Source: an uncultured Candidatus Binatia bacterium (lineage in GTDB: Bacteria > Desulfobacterota > Binatia > UBA9968 > CAXXLF01). From it: DNA of 64,000 nt. The stretch is taken from positions 1,280,001-1,344,000 of the forward strand of contig OZ244621.1 in NCBI GenBank assembly GCA_965218425.1, read 5' to 3'. Shown here one piece after another: positions 1 to 13,053 of this stretch. Every line of letters begins with the position of its first letter. Within the stretch, counting starts at the first letter, position 1. Made by a program: the position numbers and the translations under genes. The notes under the pieces are model-generated. The model saw only the letters and a program-made list of their open reading frames with translations. It had not been told where the DNA came from and made no database searches.

Positions 1-760
1 TGCACCCCCGTCGCGGCTTCTAGAGATCCTCGTCTGAGCTGTCTCCTCCCGCCAGGTGGGAGGACTCTTGCGTCCCGCGGAAATTATCATGTATTTTGGA
101 TCAGTGGGCTTGAAGACAAGCTGGTCCGGATAACCGCCGTATGGGCTGCCCCGGGTAAAGGTGTTTTCCCAACTGGCTCCACCGTCATGGCTTTGCCACA
201 ACCCCATTCCACCCGTAACATAGAGTTGATTAGGGTTGCTGGGACTTACGATGCATCGATGCACATCCTCGTAAATACCCGTTAACTCATTCCAGGTCAC
301 TCCATCATCGGTGCTCTTTAGCAGCGCACCCACCTCAATGCTGCCGTAAATGGTGTGAGGATTGCCTGGTTCGAAATTGATGTGCTTGAGATGGGCTATG
401 TGGGGCGGTCCGGGAAATTTCCAATTCCCATGACTCGGCACGTCCTTTAGGCCTGGCCTTGGAAAGGCAATAGACATCCTTCTCCGTTAGCCCATGGTCG
501 CTCGGCTCCCAGCTTTTGCCTCCATCGGTGCTAACCATAATGCCACCGTGACGGATGCCTGCAAACCAGGTTTCACTACCTTCTTCGAAAACCAGCGCGT
601 GGATATGTTTACCCTGGAGGGCCTGGTATGCAATACCCCAACCAGCGCCACTGCGCTCGATCATTGTCACGCCATCGAGGGTGCCTACCAGGACCTGGTT
701 GCTGTTTGAGGACGAAGAGTAAACGGTCTCTCCGCCCCCGTGGGAAAGAGAAAGAGCCAT
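1..760 (-). pseudogene. BNR/Asp-box beta-propeller protein, tandem paralog of 839..1924, with an internal deletion/frameshift near 455; runs off the window edge
   Basis: The N-terminus MALSLSHGGGETVYS matches the neighbour. After KDVYCLSKA the homology resumes in another frame (GLKDVPSHGNWKFPGPPHIAHLKHINF...SRDGG); about 30 codons present in the paralog are missing. Confidence 0.8.
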
Positions 761-838
761 CGGCTACCCCCTTTCGGTTGGCCAACCACGGAGCATTGAC
801 CGCCTCAATCCCAGAGACACTAAAGTGAATTTCTTTGC

Positions 839-1924
839 CTAAACTGCCTGGGCTTGCTCGGTCAGCGGCCGGTAGTGGCCTCCCTTGGAAAGGGGAGCTA
901 GGTCCTTGATGATGGTCTCCCAATGCTCGCCACCATCTTTGCTCCAAAGGACTGTACCCCCAGTGGTACCGGCGAATACCTGTACCTGGCCCCCCGCCTC
1001 TTCGAGGCACATGGCCTCCACGCTGGCCTGCATCTTGTCCTGCAGACCACCGCTCAAAATTTCCCAAGTGGTGCCACCGTCCCGGCTCCTCGAGATCCTT
1101 GAATTGGCCCTGTGTTCAGTACGCCATGCGCCGGGACTCTTCTCTCCGGCAGAAATCAGCATGTAATTGGGGTCGCTGGGCTTGAAGACCAACTGGTCCG
1201 GATAACCGCCGTATGGGCTGCCGGGGCTGAATGTGTTTTCCCAGGTGGAGCCATCGTCTTTGCTCCGCCACAGTCCCATGCCACCGGTGACATAGAGTTG
1301 CTTCGGGTCATTGGGGTTAATGATGCAACGATGCACGTCCTCATACACACCCGTGATTGACTGCCAGGTCTCCCCGTCGTCAGTGCTCTTTAACAGCGCA
1401 CCCACCTCAATGCTGCCGTAAATGGTGTGGGGATTGCCTGGCTGGAAATTGATGTGCTTGAGGTGCGGAACGTGAGGAGGAGCAGGAAAGCTCCATTTCT
1501 CATGACCCGGTACACCCTTTAGCCTGGGCCTTTCCGTCCAGCTCTTGCCTAGATCGTCACTCACAAAGAGACACGCCGGCTCGGTGCCGGCGAAGAGCCT
1601 AATTTTGCCATTGATACGGGTCTTGGAAAGGCTATAGACGTCTTTCTCGGTCAACCCGTTGTCGCGCTGCTCCCAGGTCTTGCCGCCGTCGGAGCTTGCA
1701 AAGATGCCCCCCTTGGTCACGCCGGCAAACCATTGTCCGCTTTGCTCTTCAAAGAGGAGCGCGTGAATATGCTTGCCCTGGAGTGACCGGTTAGTGATGC
1801 GCCAGCCAGGGTCATCACGCTCGATGTTGATCACACCGTCAAGGGTCCCCACCAAGACATCATGAGTGAGTGATCCCGAGGAATAGATGGTTTCTCCGCC
1901 GCCGTGGGATAGTGAAATGGCCAT
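839..1924 (-). CDS. WD40/YVTN/BNR-repeat (Asp-box) beta-propeller protein
   Basis: Repeated SxDxGxTW Asp-boxes; no signal peptide; ATG at 1924 preceded by GAAAGGAG. Confidence 0.85.
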   Translation of the reverse strand: MAISLSHGGGETIYSSGSLTHDVLVGTLDGVINIERDDPGWRITNRSLQGKHIHALLFEEQSGQWFAGVTKGGIFASSDGGKTWEQRDNGLTEKDVYSLSKTRINGKIRLFAGTEPACLFVSDDLGKSWTERPRLKGVPGHEKWSFPAPPHVPHLKHINFQPGNPHTIYGSIEVGALLKSTDDGETWQSITGVYEDVHRCIINPNDPKQLYVTGGMGLWRSKDDGSTWENTFSPGSPYGGYPDQLVFKPSDPNYMLISAGEKSPGAWRTEHRANSRISRSRDGGTTWEILSGGLQDKMQASVEAMCLEEAGGQVQVFAGTTGGTVLWSKDGGEHWETIIKDLAPLSKGGHYRPLTEQAQAV

Positions 1925-2131
1925 ACAATGACTCCTTTCGGGGCGCCGATCAGAGGGGCGACCCATTACGTTAATAGCTGTAACCCTAGACTCCTAACGA
2001 TACTATTATCTCGTATCCGATGAGTGGCTATCATGTCAAGCCTTACCTAGGCTAATTCTGGGTCCGTGGTGATACTATTTTATTTAGCTGAAAGACCTAT
2101 GAGCCAAGGCTGCAAATTGCAGCCGGCAACT

Positions 2132-2842
2132 TCAACGCTTTGGCGCCATGGTGCAAGAGAGCAACGATTCAACAGAGGCCTCGGTATCAGTAAAATCCGG
2201 CAGCGCAGCATCGGGCTCGAAAAGTCTCAATTCCTCCACCGGGTATCGGCCAGTGCCCACCAGCAGACATTTCATCTGATTCTCCCTTGCCGCGGCGAGG
2301 TCCTTCGGGGTATCTCCAACGATGACACATTGCTGAGGGTCCAGGGAGATCCCAAGGGCCCGCTCCCATCTGTCCTTGGCAATTCTCGGCAGATCGCCGC
2401 GGTGCCGGGAGTCGCTACCATAGGCCCCTAGGCTCAAGAAGGGAGTTAAGCCCACGGATTTAAGTTTCAATTTACTGGTCACTTCCAGGTTGCCGGTAAC
2501 GACACCTTGATGGACCCCTTCCATCTGGTCTAATTCCTGTAGCAGTCTTAAAACCCCGGGAAGCGACATGAGCTTAGTCATCCCCTGTTGCATGGTCTGG
2601 GCATAGCTCTGGCGCAGGTTCTGCGCAAAGTTCCCCCAATGCTCCTCTGTGATATCAACTTTTACATTGGCTGCAGAGAAAATATCCTCTAGAATCACCG
2701 GATCGGTGTTTCCGTCGGGGATCACGGTGCGGATATCCCCACGGATGCCAAAGGTTTTTTCGATGGCCTGATTGAAGGGGATATATCCGTTGTGGGAACG
2801 GATCAAAGTGCCATCGAGATCAAATAGAACGAGCCGTGCCAT
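2132..2842 (-). CDS. HAD-family hydrolase (phosphoglycolate phosphatase-like)
   Basis: LFDLDGTL motif I, VVTGN motif II, IVGDTPKD motif IV. Confidence 0.9.
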   Translation of the reverse strand: MARLVLFDLDGTLIRSHNGYIPFNQAIEKTFGIRGDIRTVIPDGNTDPVILEDIFSAANVKVDITEEHWGNFAQNLRQSYAQTMQQGMTKLMSLPGVLRLLQELDQMEGVHQGVVTGNLEVTSKLKLKSVGLTPFLSLGAYGSDSRHRGDLPRIAKDRWERALGISLDPQQCVIVGDTPKDLAAARENQMKCLLVGTGRYPVEELRLFEPDAALPDFTDTEASVESLLSCTMAPKR

Positions 2843-2993
2843 CCTTTGTCTACCTATCAAAAATTATTGGCACAGATTGGAACCGCTGACAAATATCCCT
2901 GGCCGTCAAATCATGATCTTAACGGGATCTTAACAAGGGTAGTGAAACGAAACAGCGGCATTTTGGGCTCGGTGACCCGCCTTTCAGCGGGAA

Positions 2994-3253
2994 CCCAACG
3001 GATAGCTATCAGCCGTCAGCCATTAGCTCCGGACTTATAATTGCTAACTGTACCAAGTCCTTCCGCTCCTCTTCTCAGGCTGCCAATTGCCTCTTGCTTC
3101 CTGTTTTGCGCGCTTTGCGCCCTGCCCTATGCGTGTTGCTGCTTAGTCCAGTCCTCAGCACTCGTTACTCGTTGCCGACTTCGCATTGGCTTATTATCCA
3201 CGGCCCCGCCTCCACAGTGAGCTCGGTCGGACCGAAAACTCGTTCCCGAGGAG
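2994..3253 (+). repeat. Composite dispersed intergenic repeat, copy A
   Basis: Shares ordered modules with 12601-12832 and 60789-60863: CCCAACGGATRGCTA-TCAGC heptamers, TTGCGC heptamers, TCAGCAC/TCGTTAC, ACTTCGCA, CCACGGC, GAAAACTCG...CGAGGAG. Confidence 0.75.
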
Positions 3254-3520
3254 CAAGGAGAGTCTTAGCCGAGATCACCTTGAACTGGGCGCGAACGACC
3301 TCCAACATTCCGCTGTACGATCGGGAGCTTTGCATCCTGCAAGTCGGGTTGCGACAGTTGTTCTAAGGACGGGACCCAAGGCACCCACACCACAAGAATA
3401 CCGGCAACACGGATAAACGGTTGCTGGTGCTCGCCTAATCCGAGATCGCCAATATCGGCCGCGAGGGCAAGGCGAAACGGCTGATCGACCAACGCTATCA
3501 AAGCTAGTAGTAGAACGGGT

Positions 3521-3886
3521 TCAGCCTGACTGAAAGAGCTCGATTACGTTTCCTGACGGATCCTCGCACAGAATCTGTTTTCTGTCCGCATTGGTCTCAA
3601 TTTCGTTGCGAAATTTGACGTCTTGTGCGCGAAGTTCGGCGACAGTTTTGTCTAGATCTTGAACGATAATGACAAATCGATTCCAGCTGCCGGGTTCAGG
3701 CTTTGATCCGTCGGGCATAGGTCTCAACGCCGATGCCGCTGGGCCGGCGAGCCATAGCGTCAAATCTTCACGCTGCAATATAGCCATTGCCCGTCCAAAC
3801 TGGTTCACTAAGTCGAAGCCGAGATAGGATGTATAGAATGCGACAGAATCGGCCACATCATTAACGATATATCGAACCTGTGCCAT
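3521..3886 (-). CDS. VOC/glyoxalase family protein
   Basis: VRYIVNDV...FYT..LGF and DPSGNVIELF motifs; GGGAGG RBS. Confidence 0.9.
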   Translation of the reverse strand: MAQVRYIVNDVADSVAFYTSYLGFDLVNQFGRAMAILQREDLTLWLAGPAASALRPMPDGSKPEPGSWNRFVIIVQDLDKTVAELRAQDVKFRNEIETNADRKQILCEDPSGNVIELFQSG

Positions 3887-3912
3887 TTTTCCTCCCTTTT
3901 TATTCTATTTAG

Positions 3913-5179
3913 CCGGGATTCCCCACGTGGAGCCTTCCAGCGGTTTGAGCTTAACTCGAAACCGCCCGCGAGGCAATTCTCAGGCCTATTGCAGGGCATC
4001 ATTGAGCGGGTTCCATGCAACGAAGGTCCAATCGGCGACGCTGGTTGGCGAAACTGAACGTCCCGGCCGTTTTCCAGACACACCCGTGCTGTCATCTTGG
4101 AGGATGAGCAGTATCCCCTCGGTCATGCCGGGCCTGGCTTGGGTCTGAGCCGGTCGATACGGCTCAGGATGTCGGCGAACAGCTCTCTCGGGATAGCGAC
4201 CTCGGCCACCTGGAAGATGACGTACCGGCCGTGGCGGATGATCTTCGCACCGATCTTGATGAGTTTCTCTCGGAGCGTTATCAGCGACCACTGTTCCACG
4301 GCATCGGGCAAAGCGAGTGTGCGCATGAAATTGCCGAGGTTGTAGGCGAGCGCGTGAAGCTGTAGCCGGACGGCATTGTGGTCGAACCTGCGGCACGACA
4401 GCCGGGTCCATTTGATGGCATTCTTGCCTTCCTTGATGCACTGTTCCGCCGTGCCGCGTTGATTGTAGAAGGCGACGACGCGCTCGGCCGGTCGAGACAA
4501 GTTGGTGACGATGAAGCCGACGCGGGGATACAGTTCCCCGGGATGCCACTCCACCTTGGCGACAACCCGGCGCTTCCTGTCCCACGAGCCTGCATGATAG
4601 CTGAAGCTGGCATGGAAGCGGCGAACATGGTTCGGCGGGCGACCGACGGGACGGGAGAGCAAATGGGCGATGCTTTCCTGAAGAACCGCGTTGGCTTTGA
4701 TACGGATGGCGTAGGTGTAGCCTTCGGCTTCCAGGAATTCATAGATGTCCGGTGAGGCAAAGGCGGCATCCCCTCGGAAATAACGCCGCAGCTTTCGCAA
4801 TGGCACGACCGCCGACAATCCAGCGCATCGCCGGATCACGACCCAGGCGGTCAGCGTCGTTCACGTCTTCGTAGCCACCGAGGCGGCCGAAGACCGACTG
4901 ATGAAACAATCCCGTCAGCGCGTGCTGGCCGTTCTTGCCGGTGCGCGGATCAACCAGTTCATCGCCAACCATGTCCGTCAACCCGAGTGCGTCATCGAGT
5001 TCACGGTAGGTAAGCAATCCAGCGTCGGTGGTGATCCTGGAACCATGAAACTCAAGCTTCAGGCGGCGGTCGAAATCAAGCCGCAAAGGCTCGTTCCCAG
5101 ATGCATCCAACACATTGATTCTTACAGTAGAATCAGCATAAATCCGTACCCATTAATGGTGCCATATGGGAAATGCGGG
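3913..5179 (-). mobile_element. IS1380-family insertion sequence, internally deleted
   Basis: Imperfect terminal IRs (CCGGGATTCCCCACGTGG at 3913 vs CCCGCATTTCCCATATGG reading in from 5179; 13/18 identical); flanked by TTTAG and CTTAG (probable TSD); contains IS1380-type transposase pieces. Confidence 0.85.
4123..5113 (-). pseudogene. IS1380 DDE transposase, frameshifted by an internal deletion at ~4783-4794
   Basis: N-part (LEFHGSRITTDAGLL...GYEDVNDAD) and C-part (YFRGDAAF...FYNQRGTAEQCIKEGK) lie in different frames; the segment expected to carry the first catalytic Asp is absent. Confidence 0.85.
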
Positions 5180-5309
5180 CTTAGGATTGTTGAGAGCAAC
5201 ATCAACGGAGCTGTGGGATTGGAAACTGAACTCCAAGTTGTTCAGGACGCATAATCCCCCAAAGAGTTGACAAAATCCACCGTCTGGGCTAGGAACGGTA
5301 TTAGTTTTG

Positions 5310-5390
5310 TCGGCTTTTGCGCAACTGGCGTCTAAGTGGAAGAAACCACGGAGGAGCGCTAAGCTTCAAGATGGCCGAACGCCTGGGTCT
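5310..5390 (+). ncRNA. ZMP/ZTP (pfl) riboswitch
   Basis: Reads GCGC-AACTGGCG-TCTAA-GTGG(AAGAAA)CCAC-GGAGGA-GCGC, then a linker and GCCGAACGCCTGGG, matching the pfl consensus; lies upstream of serine/purine genes. Confidence 0.85.
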
Positions 5391-5420
5391 CTTATATAAA
5401 GAGGTTCAGGCTTTTTTATT
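5381..5420 (+). terminator. Intrinsic terminator forming the riboswitch expression platform
   Basis: Stem GCCTGGGTCTCTT / AAGAGGTTCAGGC followed by TTTTTT; its 5' arm is the 3' end of the aptamer. Confidence 0.85.
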
Positions 5421-5428
5421 GGTGCAAC

Positions 5429-6583
5429 ATGATTAAACAGTACCTGTTCACACCCGGACCGACCCCCATCCCCGATGAAGTGGTGGCGGCCATGTCCCAA
5501 CCCATCATTCATCATCGGACCCCAAAGTTCAGTAAAATCTTTACCGAAGTGCGTCAGGGACTAAAGAACCTCTTTGGAACGAAAAATGACGTCCTCATGC
5601 TTGCCTCCTCAGGGACTGGGGCCATGGAGGCCGCAATTACAAACCTCTTTTCGCCCGGTGAAAAAGTCCTAGTCGTAAATGGCGGTAAATTCGGTGAGCG
5701 GTGGCTGCGGATCTGCCAGTCATTTGGCGTAGATCCGATTGAAATCAAGGTGGAATGGGGCAAGGCCGTCAAGCCACAGGTCATGGAGAAACACCTACAG
5801 GTCTACCCAGATATCCAGGCGATCCTGATCCAGGCCAGTGAGACCTCCACCACCGCTCTGCATCCCATACGCGAGATCTCGAAGATCACACGCAATGGAC
5901 CGCTGCTCATCGTGGACGGGATTACGGCCGTGGGTGTTTTACCTCTGCCACAGGACGAATTGGAAATCGATGTGTTGCTGACAGGGTCGCAAAAGGCGCT
6001 GATGCTTCCGCCCGGCCTCGGCTTTATCTCCCTAGGCGACCGGGCATGGAAAAGAACAGAAGCTGCAAAGTGCTCAAAGTTCTATTATGACCTAAAGCTC
6101 GAGAAAAAAAGCCAGGACAAGGGGGAAACAGCGTTCACTCCGGCCATCTCCCTCATTCTTGGACTCGGCGCAGCGCTCAAATTGATCCAGGATGAAGGGC
6201 TGGAGCGAGTTTACGTGCGCCACGAACGTTTGGCCCGGGCCACCCGTGCCGCGGCAACTGCCATGGGGCTTGAGCTCCTTGCCCCTGAGAACCCGAGTCC
6301 TGCGGCAACCGGGATTTTCGTCCCAGACGGCATTGACGGAAACAAATTTGTCGATTACCTCCTTGGTCCCATGGGAGTAGCCTTCGCCGGAGGGCAAGAC
6401 CACCTGGTGGGAAAGATTATCCGCATCGCCCACGTGGGATATATGGGGGCATTCGACGTATTGGTGGCCATCGGCGCACTGGAGATGGCTTTGAGAAAGT
6501 TTGGTTTCGTGGTCAAGCTCGGCCAGGGAGTAGGTGCGGCGGAAGAGGTCCTCATGGAAGCCCTGGAAGAAGAACCGGTCTGA
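5429..6583 (+). CDS. Class V PLP aminotransferase (serine-pyruvate/alanine-glyoxylate family; probable alternative phosphoserine aminotransferase)
   Basis: FTPGPT, SGTGAME, TGSQKALMLPPG (PLP lysine); first gene before serA. Confidence 0.88.
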   Translation: MIKQYLFTPGPTPIPDEVVAAMSQPIIHHRTPKFSKIFTEVRQGLKNLFGTKNDVLMLASSGTGAMEAAITNLFSPGEKVLVVNGGKFGERWLRICQSFGVDPIEIKVEWGKAVKPQVMEKHLQVYPDIQAILIQASETSTTALHPIREISKITRNGPLLIVDGITAVGVLPLPQDELEIDVLLTGSQKALMLPPGLGFISLGDRAWKRTEAAKCSKFYYDLKLEKKSQDKGETAFTPAISLILGLGAALKLIQDEGLERVYVRHERLARATRAAATAMGLELLAPENPSPAATGIFVPDGIDGNKFVDYLLGPMGVAFAGGQDHLVGKIIRIAHVGYMGAFDVLVAIGALEMALRKFGFVVKLGQGVGAAEEVLMEALEEEPV

Positions 6584-6591
6584 GGAAAAAA

Positions 6592-9503
<2,912 letters not shown>

Positions 9504-9521
9504 ACTGTAGTCTCAAAGGGA

Positions 9522-11222
9522 TCATGTCCCTTTTCGCTTGCGAGGCTGCTTATTTCCTCGGGGATCGGCCTGCCCGCTGATAGCACCCTCTTGAACCAGG
9601 ACACCCTGTACGGTTCCTACGGAACGACTTTCCTTGATTCGATGTCCGCGCCGTTTCAGGGGAGCACGGGCTTCTTGAGGTATATCTCTCTCAACTCTCA
9701 GCTCATCGGGTTTCCATTGGTGATGGATCCGGGGAGCCGATACTGCTTCCTTGATGGGCATCCCGAAATCCAACGTGTTGAGAATGGTCTGAACTGTGGC
9801 GCTAATGATTCTAGGGCCTCCCGAAGCACCCACAATTAGAATCGGGCGGTCCCCTTCGAGAACGATGGTTGGAGTCATGCTGCTCAAGGGGGTCTTTTTG
9901 GGCGCAACGGAGTTGGCCCGCCCGCCGATCAAGCCATAGGTATTCGGCACCCCGGGCTTGATGGAGAAGTCATCCATCTCATTATTGAGAATGATACCCG
10001 TCTCCCTCACCATTACTTTCGAACCAAAGGTCGTGTTGATAGTTAAGCTGCATGAGACTGCATTTCCGTTGGCGTCTAACACTCCGAAATGAGTCGTTCC
10101 ACCATCCTTGGGACCAAAGGAGGCGAGACCATAGAAAGCAGGAGGTTGGGTCTTCACCGGGGAAATTCTTGAGCGAATCCAGGTGGCGTATTCCTTTGAC
10201 AAGAGTTTTTGGGTGGGAATCTCAACAAAATCCGGATCCCCCAGGTACTGAGCACGGTCAGCAAAAGCAAACTTTGAAGCCTCCGTCAGGAGGTGAAGAT
10301 AGGTGGCTGAGTTATGACCGAATTCATCGAGTTGGTAACCTTCCAGGACATTTAAGATCTGAAGGAGGGCAATCCCTCCCGAACTCGGAGGAGGCATGGT
10401 AACCACCGACCGATTCCGGTAGTTTCCCAGAATGGGTCCCCTCCAAACCGGTTTATACGCCTTGAGATCCTCAAGGGTTAATATTCCACCTGACTTTTTG
10501 AGGTGGTCAGCGATGGCAGCAGCAATCCACCCTTGGTAAAACACCTTTGGTCCTTCACGAGAAATAGCCTTTAACGTTTCACCTAACTCCGGCTGGCGGA
10601 CCATTTCCCCTTTCTTATAAGGTGTCCCATCAGCCTTGAGAAAGATTCGGGCAAAATTTGGATCCTTCCGAATAGTGGGAAGCTGACGATTCACTGCGCG
10701 GTAAAGTTTTGACTCGATCGGGAATCCTTTCTTTGCATAGCCAATGGCCGGAGAGATGACCGTCTCAAGCGGTAGGCTGCCAAATCGTTTGAGTACCTCC
10801 ACTAGCCCGGCAACTTCTCCAGGCACTGCGACGGCAAGGGCGCCCCTTCGGCTGAGCTTCGGTAGGGCGCGACCGTTTTTCACATAAGTATCCTTACCGG
10901 CCGCTGCAGGTGCCCTCTCACGAAAATCCAAGGCATGGGCTTTCCTTTCCTTGGATTGATAAATTACCATGAAGCCGCCGCCACCCAATCCCGAGGCGGC
11001 AGGACTCACCACCCCAAGGGCAAAGGCCGTAGCCACAGCGGCATCCACCGCGTTGCCTCCTTGCTCGAGGATCTTCATTCCAGCCTGCGACGCCAGTGAA
11101 TTGTCCGCGACAACGATCCCCTTCGACCCCTGCTGAGCGAATAGAGGGTTTACGGGTGCAAAATGGAGGAATAGAATAAAAAGAAAAACCGAAAGGCCCA
11201 GGAACTTACGTGTTAAAGGCAT
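9522..11222 (-). CDS. ggt: Gamma-glutamyltransferase
   Basis: GGNAVDAAVA, DFRE, PPPSSGG, TTHF nucleophile, LNNEMDDF, PLSSM; signal-peptide-like N-terminus from ATG 11222. Confidence 0.95.
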   Translation of the reverse strand: MPLTRKFLGLSVFLFILFLHFAPVNPLFAQQGSKGIVVADNSLASQAGMKILEQGGNAVDAAVATAFALGVVSPAASGLGGGGFMVIYQSKERKAHALDFRERAPAAAGKDTYVKNGRALPKLSRRGALAVAVPGEVAGLVEVLKRFGSLPLETVISPAIGYAKKGFPIESKLYRAVNRQLPTIRKDPNFARIFLKADGTPYKKGEMVRQPELGETLKAISREGPKVFYQGWIAAAIADHLKKSGGILTLEDLKAYKPVWRGPILGNYRNRSVVTMPPPSSGGIALLQILNVLEGYQLDEFGHNSATYLHLLTEASKFAFADRAQYLGDPDFVEIPTQKLLSKEYATWIRSRISPVKTQPPAFYGLASFGPKDGGTTHFGVLDANGNAVSCSLTINTTFGSKVMVRETGIILNNEMDDFSIKPGVPNTYGLIGGRANSVAPKKTPLSSMTPTIVLEGDRPILIVGASGGPRIISATVQTILNTLDFGMPIKEAVSAPRIHHQWKPDELRVERDIPQEARAPLKRRGHRIKESRSVGTVQGVLVQEGAISGQADPRGNKQPRKRKGT

Positions 11223-11915
11223 GGAGGGACACTCACCTTCCTCTCGGATAAAATTCTTTGCGGGATTCTCACTAACGTATGAAGCCATGGCGGGCGTACA
11301 CTCGTGGTATCGATCATTTCTCCGACGAAACCAGGCCAAGTAGCCTCCCAAGATCGAACAGAGACGGAGGGTCCACCATGGGCACATAGCTCGTGGTCTT
11401 GTGCGAAGGCGGATAGAACACCATTTCTTATTTAAATCTTTATCCGTAGATTTGCAACCGCGATGGTTTTGACATAAACGCAGCCGGAGTTGTAAGGTAT
11501 CACTGCAAAAAGACTTAGAAAGGAGTGTCGATAAGTCGTATGGGTTTGTATAAATTTTCCGGCTTCATTTTGGCCTTAACGATGGCGCTCTTAACCTTAG
11601 ATCGAGTTAGCGCCGGTTTTTAGGAGGAGAAGGAGCGCAAAGCAACTCACGATGAGGTGACGTATGAATTCGGCAAGCCACTACTGTCAGCCATCCTCAC
11701 GATAGTCAAACATCCTCTTCCGTGGACTCTTCTGCATTTCAGACGTGGAGACGGGCACTATCGCCATGGGGGCAAGCGCGGGACGAAGATACTCTCAGGT
11801 CGCGGACTTCATTGGGCAAGGTTGCCGACGTCCCTGAATTCTCGCACCCTGTACTACAAGGGAAGAACAACAAAAGGTAGAGAAACTCAGGGGGGGCTGC
11901 ATTCACCGATTATGA

Positions 11916-12392
11916 TCAATGGTGAGCCCCGCCAATTCCACGTTTTTCAAAGTACTGCTGATGGTAGTCTTCGGCCGGGTAGAATTCAGCGACAGGCGCA
12001 ATATCTGTTACAACTGGATTTCTATAACGGCCGCTTTTCCCAAGCTTCTCCTTTGAAGTCTCCGCCCGAACCTTCTGTTGGTGATCGTGATAAAAAATAA
12101 CGGACCTGTACTGCTCCCCAACGTCCGGGCCCTGTCGGTTCATGGTAGTTGGATCGTGAACCTCCCAAAAAACCGCTAACAGATCATCGTAGGAAACCAT
12201 GGCGGGGTCAAATTCCACCTGAACCACTTCCGCATGTCCGGTTTCACCAGAGCACACATGCTCATAGGTAGGGTTTTGGAAAGAACCCCCGCAATAACCC
12301 ACAGTGGTGCTGATAACTCCGTTGACCCGACGAAACGCGGACTCAACCCCCCAAAAACATCCGGCTCCGAAAGTAGCCTTTTGACCTATCAT
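11916..12392 (-). CDS. msrA: Peptide methionine sulfoxide reductase A (Cys form)
   Basis: GCFWG, GHAE, QYRS, YHQQY; AGGAGG RBS before ATG 12392. Confidence 0.96.
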   Translation of the reverse strand: MIGQKATFGAGCFWGVESAFRRVNGVISTTVGYCGGSFQNPTYEHVCSGETGHAEVVQVEFDPAMVSYDDLLAVFWEVHDPTTMNRQGPDVGEQYRSVIFYHDHQQKVRAETSKEKLGKSGRYRNPVVTDIAPVAEFYPAEDYHQQYFEKRGIGGAHH

Positions 12393-12600
12393 ATCCGCTC
12401 CTCCTTGGCTTTTAATCTGCACAAACAGGTATTATCCCCTGCCCTGGCAAATTTGTCACTCTTTACCTTGGACTTCAAATCAACAGAAATCACCATGGAA
12501 TAGATCCTCCCTTTCAACGCCGGCTCTAATACAACCAAGGTAGCTCCGTGAATGGAGAGCCCTAATCCTAGCAGTGGATCCGGCATGCTTTTTGGGGAAG

Positions 12601-12832
12601 CCCAACGGATGGCTATCAGCTCTCAGCCTTCAGCCATCAGCTCCGAACCCATTTCTGCCCGGCGCTAATTGTTTTGTTCTCGTAGTTTCGTCGTCATTAA
12701 TCCGTTATCTTATTACGCTCTGCGCTATGCCCTTTGCGCTTAGCGGTTTTGGCTCAGTCTCAGAACCCGTTACCCGTTGCTAACTTCGCACTGCTCTATT
12801 GCCCACGGCCTGAAAACTCGCTGCCCGAGGAG
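12601..12832 (+). repeat. Composite dispersed intergenic repeat, copy B
   Basis: Same module order as copy A; ends TTGCCCACGGCCTGAAAACTCGCTGCCCGAGGAG. Confidence 0.75.
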
Positions 12833-12938
12833 AGCAACAGCTCGAGATCCCGCCCATGTTGCCCCCGCGCAGGGAAGCGGGTGAATAACAACACGGCTCG
12901 TGGCTGAAGGCGCTCACCGAGCGGAACTGGACGGAGCG

Positions 12939-13053
12939 ACGGGATACCCACCGAGGTCGGCGCCGCATGAAAGCCGCAGTCCGCCCACGTCAAATCTGAG
13001 ATCCGGAAGGTTCGTGCGTGCGCCGGCCCGGTGGGTCGTTGCGTGAGTCCCGT
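12939..13053 (+). other. Long structured non-coding element (candidate ncRNA or IS non-coding end)
   Basis: Four nested helices: 12939-44/13048-53, 12947-53/13029-35, 12955-63/13020-28, 12964-71/13011-18; the G-U pairs work only on the + strand. Confidence 0.55.

Noticed and set aside
2085..2134. Sec read-through of the HAD gene's UGA (a hairpin follows)
   Set aside because: The domain is already complete, the extension is short and featureless, and the loop has no G.
3255..3510. Possible gene fragment ending GKAKRLIDQR (reminiscent of a CoA-ligase C-terminus)
   Set aside because: Two internal stops and too little similarity to name a family.
11657..12100. 147-aa + strand ORF
   Set aside because: No recognisable motif, and it overlaps msrA antisense.
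11916..12392. MsrA as a selenoprotein, or a fossil SECIS after GCFWG
   Set aside because: The catalytic codon is TGT (Cys), and the downstream hairpin is imperfect and lacks a clear G-loop.
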